A DNA stretch of 58,346 nt from a virus (lineage: Duplodnaviria; Caudoviricetes): IMG/VR virus record IMGVR_UViG_3300044655_000081, positions 1 to 58,346 of that record; one strand, given 5' to 3'. The translations under genes and the position numbers were made by a program. Of this stretch, positions 1-7,891 are shown piece by piece (the stretch's first letter is position 1; every line of letters starts with the position of its first letter). The notes beneath the pieces were generated by a model. The model was not told the origin of the DNA. It ran no database searches and worked only from the letters and a program-made list of their open reading frames with translations.

Positions 1-240
1 GTCCAAAGCACTTTCTGTTTCCGGTTGAATGGCAAGTTCACGATACTTAGTGATAAGTTGCGTTTCATTTCTGAATGTACCATCAAGGTCTACATATGTA
101 CCATAATAACCGGCACCAGCAACAGTGACAGCACCATCCTCATTTTGAGGTAGTGCGAATGTCTTTGTCTTGGGTCCGTTTAAATTTAGGTCCGTTTTAT
201 CCTTTTCGGGCGAACCTATCTCAAATCCAAATAAACGCAA
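1..240 (-). CDS. gp20: Portal protein gp20, N-terminal 80 codons (runs off window start)
   Basis: Manual translation from TTG at 240 gives MRLFGFEIG...DGAVTVAGAGYYGTYVDLDGTFRNETQLITKYRELAIQPETESALD, typical of T4-like portal N-termini. AGGA upstream; follows gp19 as in T4. Confidence 0.9.
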   Translation of the reverse strand, partial: MRLFGFEIGSPEKDKTDLNLNGPKTKTFALPQNEDGAVTVAGAGYYGTYVDLDGTFRNETQLITKYRELAIQPETESALD

Positions 241-265
241 ATCACTATCCTTTTCTGTGATAGAA

Positions 266-286
266 GGCCGGGGATTAACCCCGGCC
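266..286 (-). terminator. GC-rich hairpin after gp19 (probable terminator or processing stem)
   Basis: Perfect 8-bp stem GGCCGGGG/CCCCGGCC with 5-nt loop; only a weak U tract (TTCTAT) on the minus strand. Confidence 0.6.
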
Positions 287-298
287 AGTTAGTAGTAT

Positions 299-901
299 TT
301 AGAAAGCCTGCATTAGAGATCCAGATGAGCCGGAGGCGTCTGTTGTCTCTATTGTTTCCCACCACTGGTAGGCAAACGTAACAGCAAATTCTTCAACATT
401 GTCTGCACCCCAATCAAGGTCAATAGCAGAAACGTCAGTTGGAAAAGCACCAACAATTCTATACTGCTTAATTGGCTCACCGATCTTACTATACTGTGTA
501 ACGACGGCATCTTGCTGATAGCCACCGTCACCAGAAATCAAGGCTGGCATACGTAGATTGCTGACATGTGAATTAATGCCAGACATCCAACGCTCGAAAG
601 AGTTTCTGATGGTGAAATCTTCATCGTTGATAACAGTGAATGACCAATCTGGAAATGTTCTGTTACCAGCGATTTTGATTTCACGACCGAAGTAGTTGAG
701 ACCGATAGAGGAGATTGAATCACCGGGTAGTGATGTTGATCTTGCTCTAAAGGTAACCTGCTGTGCAGCAGAACCGAATACACCAGGTGCATTACCTCCG
801 GTTGCTGCTACTAGCGGGAATGTTAGCATAACGTCGAACAGGGACGCACGAGCGCCGTCTGTTACTAGTGATGCTCTAAATTCTTGAACATTAAAAGGCA
901 T
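299..901 (-). CDS. gp19: Tail tube protein gp19
   Basis: Motifs GARASLF, LPG..I, YFGREIKIAGNRTFPDW..TVINDEDF, FPTDVSAIDL, EEFAVTFAYQWW; follows the sheath gene. Confidence 0.95.
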   Translation of the reverse strand: MPFNVQEFRASLVTDGARASLFDVMLTFPLVAATGGNAPGVFGSAAQQVTFRARSTSLPGDSISSIGLNYFGREIKIAGNRTFPDWSFTVINDEDFTIRNSFERWMSGINSHVSNLRMPALISGDGGYQQDAVVTQYSKIGEPIKQYRIVGAFPTDVSAIDLDWGADNVEEFAVTFAYQWWETIETTDASGSSGSLMQAF

Positions 902-929
902 TTTTAGTTTTCTCCTTTGCTATTATTTA

Positions 930-2675
930 TTAGAATTTACCGATAACTTCGGAGAAAGCAACACCCGTTCTAACTGCTACGAAGTTAAGATGGATGAAGT
1001 TAATGCTTCTTGCAGGCTTGATATAAATGTCTCCGACAAATTCATTTCTATCAATAACCTCTGGTGTATTGTTGGTGGTATCACAAACAACACGGAAGTC
1101 GTAGACACCTCTACGGCCCTTAATGTCTCTTAGGTATGGCTCAACTAGTGCAACGAACTGGGCTCTGGTGAACTCGTCGTTGAACTCGAATAGTGAATAC
1201 TTTGCAGCCTTTGAGATTGCCTTTTCAAGGACAATGAACAAGCGACGAACGTTGATACGGTCGAAAGCACTTGGCTTTGAAAGCATGGTCTTATCACCAT
1301 ACAGAACAACACCTTCACCCTTGAACTGTAGCACAGGGTTAACACCGTTCTTATAAAGAGTGTCACGATCATCCTTACCTGGATTCCAAGCAAGACGGGT
1401 AACGTTCTTAATATGACCACGGTTGAAACCTGCTGGTGACCACCATGGATCACGCTCAAAGTCGGTGCGGGCACATAGACCAGCAATGTCACCATTTAGA
1501 GGAACCCAACGATATGTATTGTTATACTTATCGAACTGCTTCTTCCAGTTAGAATCCATTACTGCGAATGATGATGAATTATATTCATTTCTCTTAGCAA
1601 CAATATCAGTTGCTTCCTGACCAGCATTGTCAACGACATCTGCCTGATCTGGTGAAATGAATACAACACAGTCACGACGACCAGTGTCTGGTGAACTTGA
1701 TGTACCACCAGCAATATTATCTACAACATATTCTGAAACAGTCTGAGAATGAGCACCAGTCATGATTAGTGACACGTCCCAAGTCTCTGAGTCTTTGAAT
1801 AGATCGTAAGCAGTTGTCAACTGAGCGTCAGTTGCAACTGAACCAGTACCTAGTGTACCATTTGTTAGAGTTGCTGTATAGTATGTATTACCTTGAACAA
1901 AGTTAACACCACTTGCAGCAGAGCCCCAAGTTGCAGTATCTACAACATGATTTGCAGTATTAACTGCTGGATTGATACCATAGATAAACTCAGAACGACC
2001 ATTGAGAACATTTACCCAATAGTTTGAAGAACCGTCATCAGTCTTAGCATCAGATGCCTTAGATACGTAAGCAAACTTTTCTAGAATTGTATTTGCAGTT
2101 CCAGAGAACTTACCTAGAGTATCAACAACGATAATATGCATTTCGTCATTAGCACCACCACGTGTTGAAACGTATGCTGAGGTACCTGGTACTGTAGAAA
2201 ACTCGTCAGCATATTCCCATGCAGCATAGTCTAGTGGCTTATTAGAACCGGTATACATAGAAACTTTAAGTGAGTTACCTAGATCGCCTGCGTAACGTGC
2301 AGCGAAAGTGCCGTAATAACCTTGTGATGATAGATCAAGATAGTCTAGTTCATACTGATTCTGATTCTGAATTAGTAGACCTGTATTACCTGATGTAGCG
2401 TTTAGTGCGGAAATGGTATTAGCAGCACGGACAAGTTTTAGTGACTCTGCATAACTTAGAAAGTTTGCTGCTGTAAACCATGAGGTGAAGTTATCTGCGG
2501 TTGGCTTGTGGAACCAACGAACTAGTTCAAGTTCGTTACCAATTGAAGTTACTTCATTGATTGGACCCCAAGCAAAATCGCCGACAAATGCACCTTCTGT
2601 AGTAGAAACGGAAGGAACAATGGTCGTAAGATCGATCTCTGACCATGTTACTCCTGGTGATAAAGCATATGCCAT
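930..2675 (-). CDS. gp18: Tail sheath protein gp18
   Basis: LSPGV..SEIDLT N-terminus; PWWSPAGFNRG, YGDKT, FDRINVRRLF, FEFNDEFTR, IKPARSINFI. Confidence 0.97.
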   Translation of the reverse strand: MAYALSPGVTWSEIDLTTIVPSVSTTEGAFVGDFAWGPINEVTSIGNELELVRWFHKPTADNFTSWFTAANFLSYAESLKLVRAANTISALNATSGNTGLLIQNQNQYELDYLDLSSQGYYGTFAARYAGDLGNSLKVSMYTGSNKPLDYAAWEYADEFSTVPGTSAYVSTRGGANDEMHIIVVDTLGKFSGTANTILEKFAYVSKASDAKTDDGSSNYWVNVLNGRSEFIYGINPAVNTANHVVDTATWGSAASGVNFVQGNTYYTATLTNGTLGTGSVATDAQLTTAYDLFKDSETWDVSLIMTGAHSQTVSEYVVDNIAGGTSSSPDTGRRDCVVFISPDQADVVDNAGQEATDIVAKRNEYNSSSFAVMDSNWKKQFDKYNNTYRWVPLNGDIAGLCARTDFERDPWWSPAGFNRGHIKNVTRLAWNPGKDDRDTLYKNGVNPVLQFKGEGVVLYGDKTMLSKPSAFDRINVRRLFIVLEKAISKAAKYSLFEFNDEFTRAQFVALVEPYLRDIKGRRGVYDFRVVCDTTNNTPEVIDRNEFVGDIYIKPARSINFIHLNFVAVRTGVAFSEVIGKF

Positions 2676-2750
2676 CTTTTACTCCTTTTTAAGGTTGGAA
2701 TGGTGTAAAATTCCATCTCACCTTATTTATCATTTTCGATGTTTTGAGAA

Positions 2751-4427
2751 CTATAAACGAGAGTCCCACTGATAATTGAAATCATCAAATGGGTAGAGTT
2801 GTTCTCTCTCACTTCTCCATATATCACCATTCCCATCTTTTTCCACTACATCATCCAAACCGTTGTCAATGAAACCAAAAGGCACATTCTCCACATCTTC
2901 TAAGTATTGTAACTCTTTTTGTAGAACATATCTAATATCATTTGAAACTGTTTCTTTAAATAACTTTTGTGCAGTTAGCCATCCGAAGTGAACTAACGTC
3001 ATTGCAAGGTCGTCATTTGATCCTTCTTCTGCCTTAAAGGTTTTCTTATCAGCAGCAAAGGAGAATAACTCTGTGATAGTATCCTCATCTTGTAATATGA
3101 GTTTATCACTTTCAACTAGGGTCTTTAAGTTAGCACAACCAATCATCTTAGACTGTGCGGTAATTTTCAAACCAAATGCTAACTTGTTCTTACCAGCAGC
3201 AAACCCACCGGAGGCTTGCATACCTTGTTTGCCTTTTATCTGAAACTTCAATAGATTCTCATAGTTTAGTTCGTAATGTAGAATGTCGGATACCTGCAAA
3301 CCAATAGAGTTGATTTCAATGAGAACAAAGGCTTCGTTGTATTTCATTGCAGCAGAGTAGATAACTGCTGGCAATAGCATAGGACTGATTTCGTTGTTTC
3401 TATATTTAGCGACTTGTCTATAAGGTATTTCAGTAACGTCAAAGATAGAGAACGTTGAATAGTCTAATCCTTGTCCTTCCGATACGTCAGCACACAATAC
3501 ATAGGTGTGTTTTGGTATTGGTTGCTCAAAGATATCCATACATTCATTACGAGCAATAGGATCTTTCCAATGCAATGCTGCTAGTTTAGAACCAGAAATG
3601 AGTGTGTTGGATGATCCCAAGAACTCACAACCAAACTCTTGGTCGAACTGTCTTTGGCTAGTGTTTCTGATAGTTTCTTCTGCCCATGCCGAATCTCTAC
3701 CCGGCACCATTGACCAGTGAATCTCAATCGGTTGATATGTGCTAGTCTTTTCGACTGCTTTTGTCCACATCTTATAGAATAGGTTCATACCGTTAGGAGT
3801 AGAAACGATAACAACCTTAGAAGTTTTACCAGATGAAATGGTAGGATATGTAGAGTTAAAGAACTCCTCAGCAATGTTATTGGGAACGAACGCAAACTCG
3901 TCCAGAAAGATTAGGTTGAACGAGAAACCACGAACAGATGAACCTGAGGTAGAGTCTGCTAGAACTCTTGAACCATTAGCAAGATAGATAGAACCTTTGT
4001 TCCATTCTTTGATGCCTTGCTTTAAAAACATAGGCAAGTATTCAAATGCTAGTTTTAGTTTCTGTAACAACTCACGGGCAGTAGGAGCACGGTTAGCAAG
4101 AATGGCAGTAACAAAGTTTTCATTAAACAATACTTGATGCAGAATGTAAGCCACACTAGTCGTTGACTTACCAACCTGTCGTGGTAGTTTGCATATAGAG
4201 AAACGATTGTCATGGAATGTTTGTAGCATCTTCTCTTGGAAGTCCCACATATCAAACGGAATCAAACCACGGTCAACGTTAATGATTCTGATATACTTCT
4301 TGGCAAAGTAAACGGGATCCTCAGCACACTTGATATATTCATCAAGTTCTTTTTGAGTAAAAGCGTGACGATATTGTTCGTTTGGTAAGTTTGGGTTATT
4401 CTGGTAACTGTAAGGTGTCCTTGCCAT
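2751..4427 (-). CDS. gp17: Terminase large subunit gp17
   Basis: Walker A PRQVGKST, Walker B LIFLDEFAF, STPNG, nuclease ADVSEGQGLDYS and NDDLAM. Confidence 0.97.
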   Translation of the reverse strand: MARTPYSYQNNPNLPNEQYRHAFTQKELDEYIKCAEDPVYFAKKYIRIINVDRGLIPFDMWDFQEKMLQTFHDNRFSICKLPRQVGKSTTSVAYILHQVLFNENFVTAILANRAPTARELLQKLKLAFEYLPMFLKQGIKEWNKGSIYLANGSRVLADSTSGSSVRGFSFNLIFLDEFAFVPNNIAEEFFNSTYPTISSGKTSKVVIVSTPNGMNLFYKMWTKAVEKTSTYQPIEIHWSMVPGRDSAWAEETIRNTSQRQFDQEFGCEFLGSSNTLISGSKLAALHWKDPIARNECMDIFEQPIPKHTYVLCADVSEGQGLDYSTFSIFDVTEIPYRQVAKYRNNEISPMLLPAVIYSAAMKYNEAFVLIEINSIGLQVSDILHYELNYENLLKFQIKGKQGMQASGGFAAGKNKLAFGLKITAQSKMIGCANLKTLVESDKLILQDEDTITELFSFAADKKTFKAEEGSNDDLAMTLVHFGWLTAQKLFKETVSNDIRYVLQKELQYLEDVENVPFGFIDNGLDDVVEKDGNGDIWRSEREQLYPFDDFNYQWDSRL

Positions 4428-4866
4428 CTTCTTCTTTCTTACTCTTAATAGCAGACAACAATTCAGCCGCTGAGCCTACAAATACTGCTTGTTCCACGTT
4501 AATATGTCCATCGGCATTCTTCTTTCTAGGATCAGAATCCGGATCAGGTATCTTTAGGTCTTTCTTAGTTTTCTGTAACGCATAGAGGTCTTTTGACGTT
4601 TCACCAACAGTTTTGATGAGATTAGAAACAACCTCAAAACCCCTTGCACTTTCGTTTTGTCTAGCGATGACTGCGATTTCTTCGATTGCATCGTTACCCT
4701 TTTCTATTAGATTGCGGAGGGTCTTTCTTACTAGAATATAATCTTCATCTTCGTCTGTCAGTTCCTGCTTAGGTTCAGGCTCATAAGGGACTATCTCGTC
4801 CTTTTTTACTTCGATAGTCTCATGTTCGATACCTAATGCATCAGACAAATTTTTCTCAACGCCCAT
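4396..4866 (-). CDS. gp16: Terminase small subunit gp16
   Basis: DY...R.TL..LIEKG, R.FEV...LIK and VFVGS..EL motifs; directly upstream of gp17. Start reassigned to ATG 4866 (MGVEKN). Confidence 0.88.
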   Translation of the reverse strand: MGVEKNLSDALGIEHETIEVKKDEIVPYEPEPKQELTDEDEDYILVRKTLRNLIEKGNDAIEEIAVIARQNESARGFEVVSNLIKTVGETSKDLYALQKTKKDLKIPDPDSDPRKKNADGHINVEQAVFVGSAAELLSAIKSKKEEDGKDTLQLPE

Positions 4867-4867
4867 A

Positions 4868-5875
4868 TTATAACTCCGTTTCAGGCCACTCTGTAACATC
4901 TACTGTATAACCATAATCATCATCTGGCTGTGCAGTCACAGGATCTGGTGTAATTTTAATCTCTGCTAGTTTGATAGGATTAACATCAAACGATTCGATT
5001 GTAGCAGTAGCATTTGTGGATACTGCATGAACATTACCACTTAGACTAAACTGACCTTGTGTTGCACCTAGAACTAGTTTATCCAAATCTGAGTTGTAGT
5101 TGATGACAACACCATATGCTGTTGCTGTATTATATGACGAACCTTGATAAACCATATCATCTGCTTTGAATGTGCCAGAAGCATTAGATAGGTTTAGTCT
5201 TGTTATATATCCTGCCTGTAGGCTAGGATCATTATAGATGTTAGCATATACGGTACGAATGATCTTGGGATATGAAATAGGACCATAGTAATAAGTTTTC
5301 ATTGTGAAGTTTAAGGTCCAGTAAACATATCTTACAGAATCATAGTCACCTTCATATTCAATCTCATTGCTTACATTGTTTAAGATGATAGGAACGTCTT
5401 TGAGCATTCCTAGATCAGGAATCATGTTAGTTGTTACAGTAAAGTCTGGATTGAAGAACGGAAGAATCTGCTCAATGATATGTGTACCATCATCAATGTT
5501 ACGTGCATATACGTTCAAAGAAAATGAAATGTCATAAGGTACACCCATATATGATGAGGTTACATGACTTGTCGTATTAGACTTTGCTGCTTTTAGTAGA
5601 GAGTTTTGCTTTCTCTGTGAATCATATGAGATACCTGTGATCTCAAAACTCATTCTAGGTAGAATGGCACCAAGTTGCTTTAGCAAATCAGGATCAGATA
5701 GAATACGAGTAACCATCTTCTCCTTAGGAGCATAGATGATAGGTACACGAAAGCGACTAACCTCTGCACCTGTCTGATCATTCTTTCTAATGATACTGAT
5801 ATCATCGAAAAGTCTACCAAATAGAACAACTGCTTTTCTCGTTAGTTGGTGATAGAAGTGTGGATTATGCAGCAT
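4868..5875 (-). CDS. gp15: Tail sheath stabiliser/terminator gp15 (C-terminally extended)
   Basis: FYH...RK.V..FG.LF, VPIIYAPKEK, LPRMSFEI, QILPFFNP; T4 order 13-14-15-16-17. Confidence 0.92.
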   Translation of the reverse strand: MLHNPHFYHQLTRKAVVLFGRLFDDISIIRKNDQTGAEVSRFRVPIIYAPKEKMVTRILSDPDLLKQLGAILPRMSFEITGISYDSQRKQNSLLKAAKSNTTSHVTSSYMGVPYDISFSLNVYARNIDDGTHIIEQILPFFNPDFTVTTNMIPDLGMLKDVPIILNNVSNEIEYEGDYDSVRYVYWTLNFTMKTYYYGPISYPKIIRTVYANIYNDPSLQAGYITRLNLSNASGTFKADDMVYQGSSYNTATAYGVVINYNSDLDKLVLGATQGQFSLSGNVHAVSTNATATIESFDVNPIKLAEIKITPDPVTAQPDDDYGYTVDVTEWPETEL

Positions 5876-6762
5876 TATGGTGTTCCAAATGGGTTAAGTT
5901 CTGTTAGATCAAGAATCAAGTCTGAGCCTGTATCCAGATCCTTATTGTCGTAAACATCATACACAACATAATCTGTCTTGTCGTCTGTTGATGATAGTCT
6001 ATAGACAGCATTAGATGACTTGGCATACACATTTGAGTTTGCAGTAAAGTTTCCAGTAATATCATAAATGAATAGTGATCCGTTTGCTCTGAACCAATCC
6101 TTAACTGTAGCGTGTGCTGTAGAGTTTGCATATGTACGATCTGGACTTTGGAACACAATGTCCTTGTCCTCAAATAGTCCAGTGCCATTTGTATTGAGTG
6201 ATAGTTTGATTGTGTAAGCATTATCAGCAGCGACATCATCAATCTCCTCAACACCCGTATCGATTTCTTCTTCTGAGTAACGGAATGCTTCGCAACGCAT
6301 TTCATATACATAAGGCAATCTCTTGCCGAGTGAGTGGAACATAAGTTCTTGTTCAACGAACTTAATCTCAAACATCTTATGCAATACAGGAATGTAAATC
6401 AGATCACCTTCTTGTGGTCTAAATCTCATACCTGAAGGAATGAACTTAGCAAATGCTCTGCGTGAAATGATAAAGTTAGATGTATCTCTAATCTCTAATC
6501 CAAACTTAGAGAAGAAATCTGACTGACCTTCAAAGCCTTCAACGTTGGCTAGATATGCTTCAACCTGATATGCTCTATTGAATTTTGATTTGCTATACTC
6601 ACCGAATATAGCGTCACCGTTATCAAATGATTCTCTGGGAATGTAATAGACATTATGACCCATAATCTGAATTGATTCGACAATGATATCTTCCATGAGC
6701 ATATGCTCATTGTTCAATCTTGTCTGACTTGGGAATTGGTTGAAATATCTATTAACTGCCAT
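5875..6762 (-). CDS. gp14: Neck protein gp14
   Basis: ESIQIMG..VYYIPR, FSKFGLEIRD, RPQEGDLIYIP, FEIKFVE, NPFG C-terminus. Confidence 0.93.
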   Translation of the reverse strand: MAVNRYFNQFPSQTRLNNEHMLMEDIIVESIQIMGHNVYYIPRESFDNGDAIFGEYSKSKFNRAYQVEAYLANVEGFEGQSDFFSKFGLEIRDTSNFIISRRAFAKFIPSGMRFRPQEGDLIYIPVLHKMFEIKFVEQELMFHSLGKRLPYVYEMRCEAFRYSEEEIDTGVEEIDDVAADNAYTIKLSLNTNGTGLFEDKDIVFQSPDRTYANSTAHATVKDWFRANGSLFIYDITGNFTANSNVYAKSSNAVYRLSSTDDKTDYVVYDVYDNKDLDTGSDLILDLTELNPFGTP

Positions 6763-7511
6763 TAGCCTACCAAGAACGCTGGGGGTGCTTCGTATGTATC
6801 TCTAATATTCTGTTCGACTTCCGCAATCTCTTTAACTGCTTCGTCAAAGATTTGCTGGCCGTTCATGGTAATGCCACCTGGTAGTTGCATACCTGCATAC
6901 TTCTTCATGTTAACACCCCATTGTTTCTTAACATAAGCAGTTGCAAGTTTCTTTAGTAGACGGTCATTCCATACTCTTGTGTATGCAGAAGGATCGGTTA
7001 CTACAAAGCCTTCGATAATAATATACTCACCGGCTTGAATGTCAGCACCCCAATCCATATCGATATAGAGTTTGTTTGTAAGACGATTGAAACGAATAGG
7101 TGTCTCACCAGTAAAGATTAGATCAAGAGTGGCAAGATGCTGCATAGTCAATGAATAGTTAACATATGATGTGGATGAAAGATCCCAAAGATCGTTTAGA
7201 CGCAACTGATATCTAAGGTCGAACATATTCATAGCCATCTTGTTACCACCAACTTTAAGAACTCTAGTGGCACCAATCAAACCATCACTAACAGTAACAT
7301 ACTTGTTAGTAATGTCCTGTTCGGTCAACTGATGCTTGACATATGTTCTTTCTGTACCATTAAAGTGAAACTCGTTCCAGTATTCAAACGCCAATTCAAC
7401 AGAATCGTCAACCTGAACATCATCAACGTTGATCTGGACAACAGGATAACCTAACTGTCTTAGACAAAACTCTTTAAGTTCTTCTTTATTTGCTGGTTGA
7501 CTCTGAGACAT
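6762..7511 (-). CDS. gp13: Neck protein gp13
   Basis: LKEFCLRQLGYPVVQINVDD.Q, KKQWG.NM.KY.GMQLPGG.T.NG. Start reassigned to ATG 7511 (MSQSQP). Confidence 0.93.
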   Translation of the reverse strand: MSQSQPANKEELKEFCLRQLGYPVVQINVDDVQVDDSVELAFEYWNEFHFNGTERTYVKHQLTEQDITNKYVTVSDGLIGATRVLKVGGNKMAMNMFDLRYQLRLNDLWDLSSTSYVNYSLTMQHLATLDLIFTGETPIRFNRLTNKLYIDMDWGADIQAGEYIIIEGFVVTDPSAYTRVWNDRLLKKLATAYVKKQWGVNMKKYAGMQLPGGITMNGQQIFDEAVKEIAEVEQNIRDTYEAPPAFLVG

Positions 7512-7870
7512 TAATATGTGCCTTCTGTGTTTGCAACAGGTGCTGCCCAAGGCAATTCTACTGCTACAGTTTGATTTGCTTGTGAATCTATCTGAGATTT
7601 AATTTGCATATCAACTACAGTCTCAAACTCACCACTAATAGTATTTCTGACCCATATAAGAACTTCATCTTCGGTTAGTTCTTCGAATGGTACAAATGAA
7701 TCAGTGTTGACTGCTGATATAGGAAATGATGAAAAGTCTGTATATGAACCTTTGAATCCGTTTTCGGTGCCAGTTTTCTCCCAATCAACACCAACGATAA
7801 TATTATTTCTATCTTCGGTAGTTGTTGTTCTTAGACCTAAAATTTTCCAAGTGTAGATGACTGACATCAT
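7511..7870 (-). CDS. Small tail-fibre-associated protein (YTWKI...FVPFEELTE..VL.WV...LPW type)
   Basis: Resembles small proteins commonly found directly downstream of phage fibre genes; GAGG upstream. Confidence 0.6.
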   Translation of the reverse strand: MMSVIYTWKILGLRTTTTEDRNNIIVGVDWEKTGTENGFKGSYTDFSSFPISAVNTDSFVPFEELTEDEVLIWVRNTISGEFETVVDMQIKSQIDSQANQTVAVELPWAAPVANTEGTY

Positions 7871-7891
7871 GATCCTCTTTGTTAGTTATAT

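Noticed and set aside
2751-4427. Intein or intron in the terminase (also considered for the ligase)
   Set aside because: Lengths are normal, motifs are contiguous, and no intein splice-junction motifs are visible.
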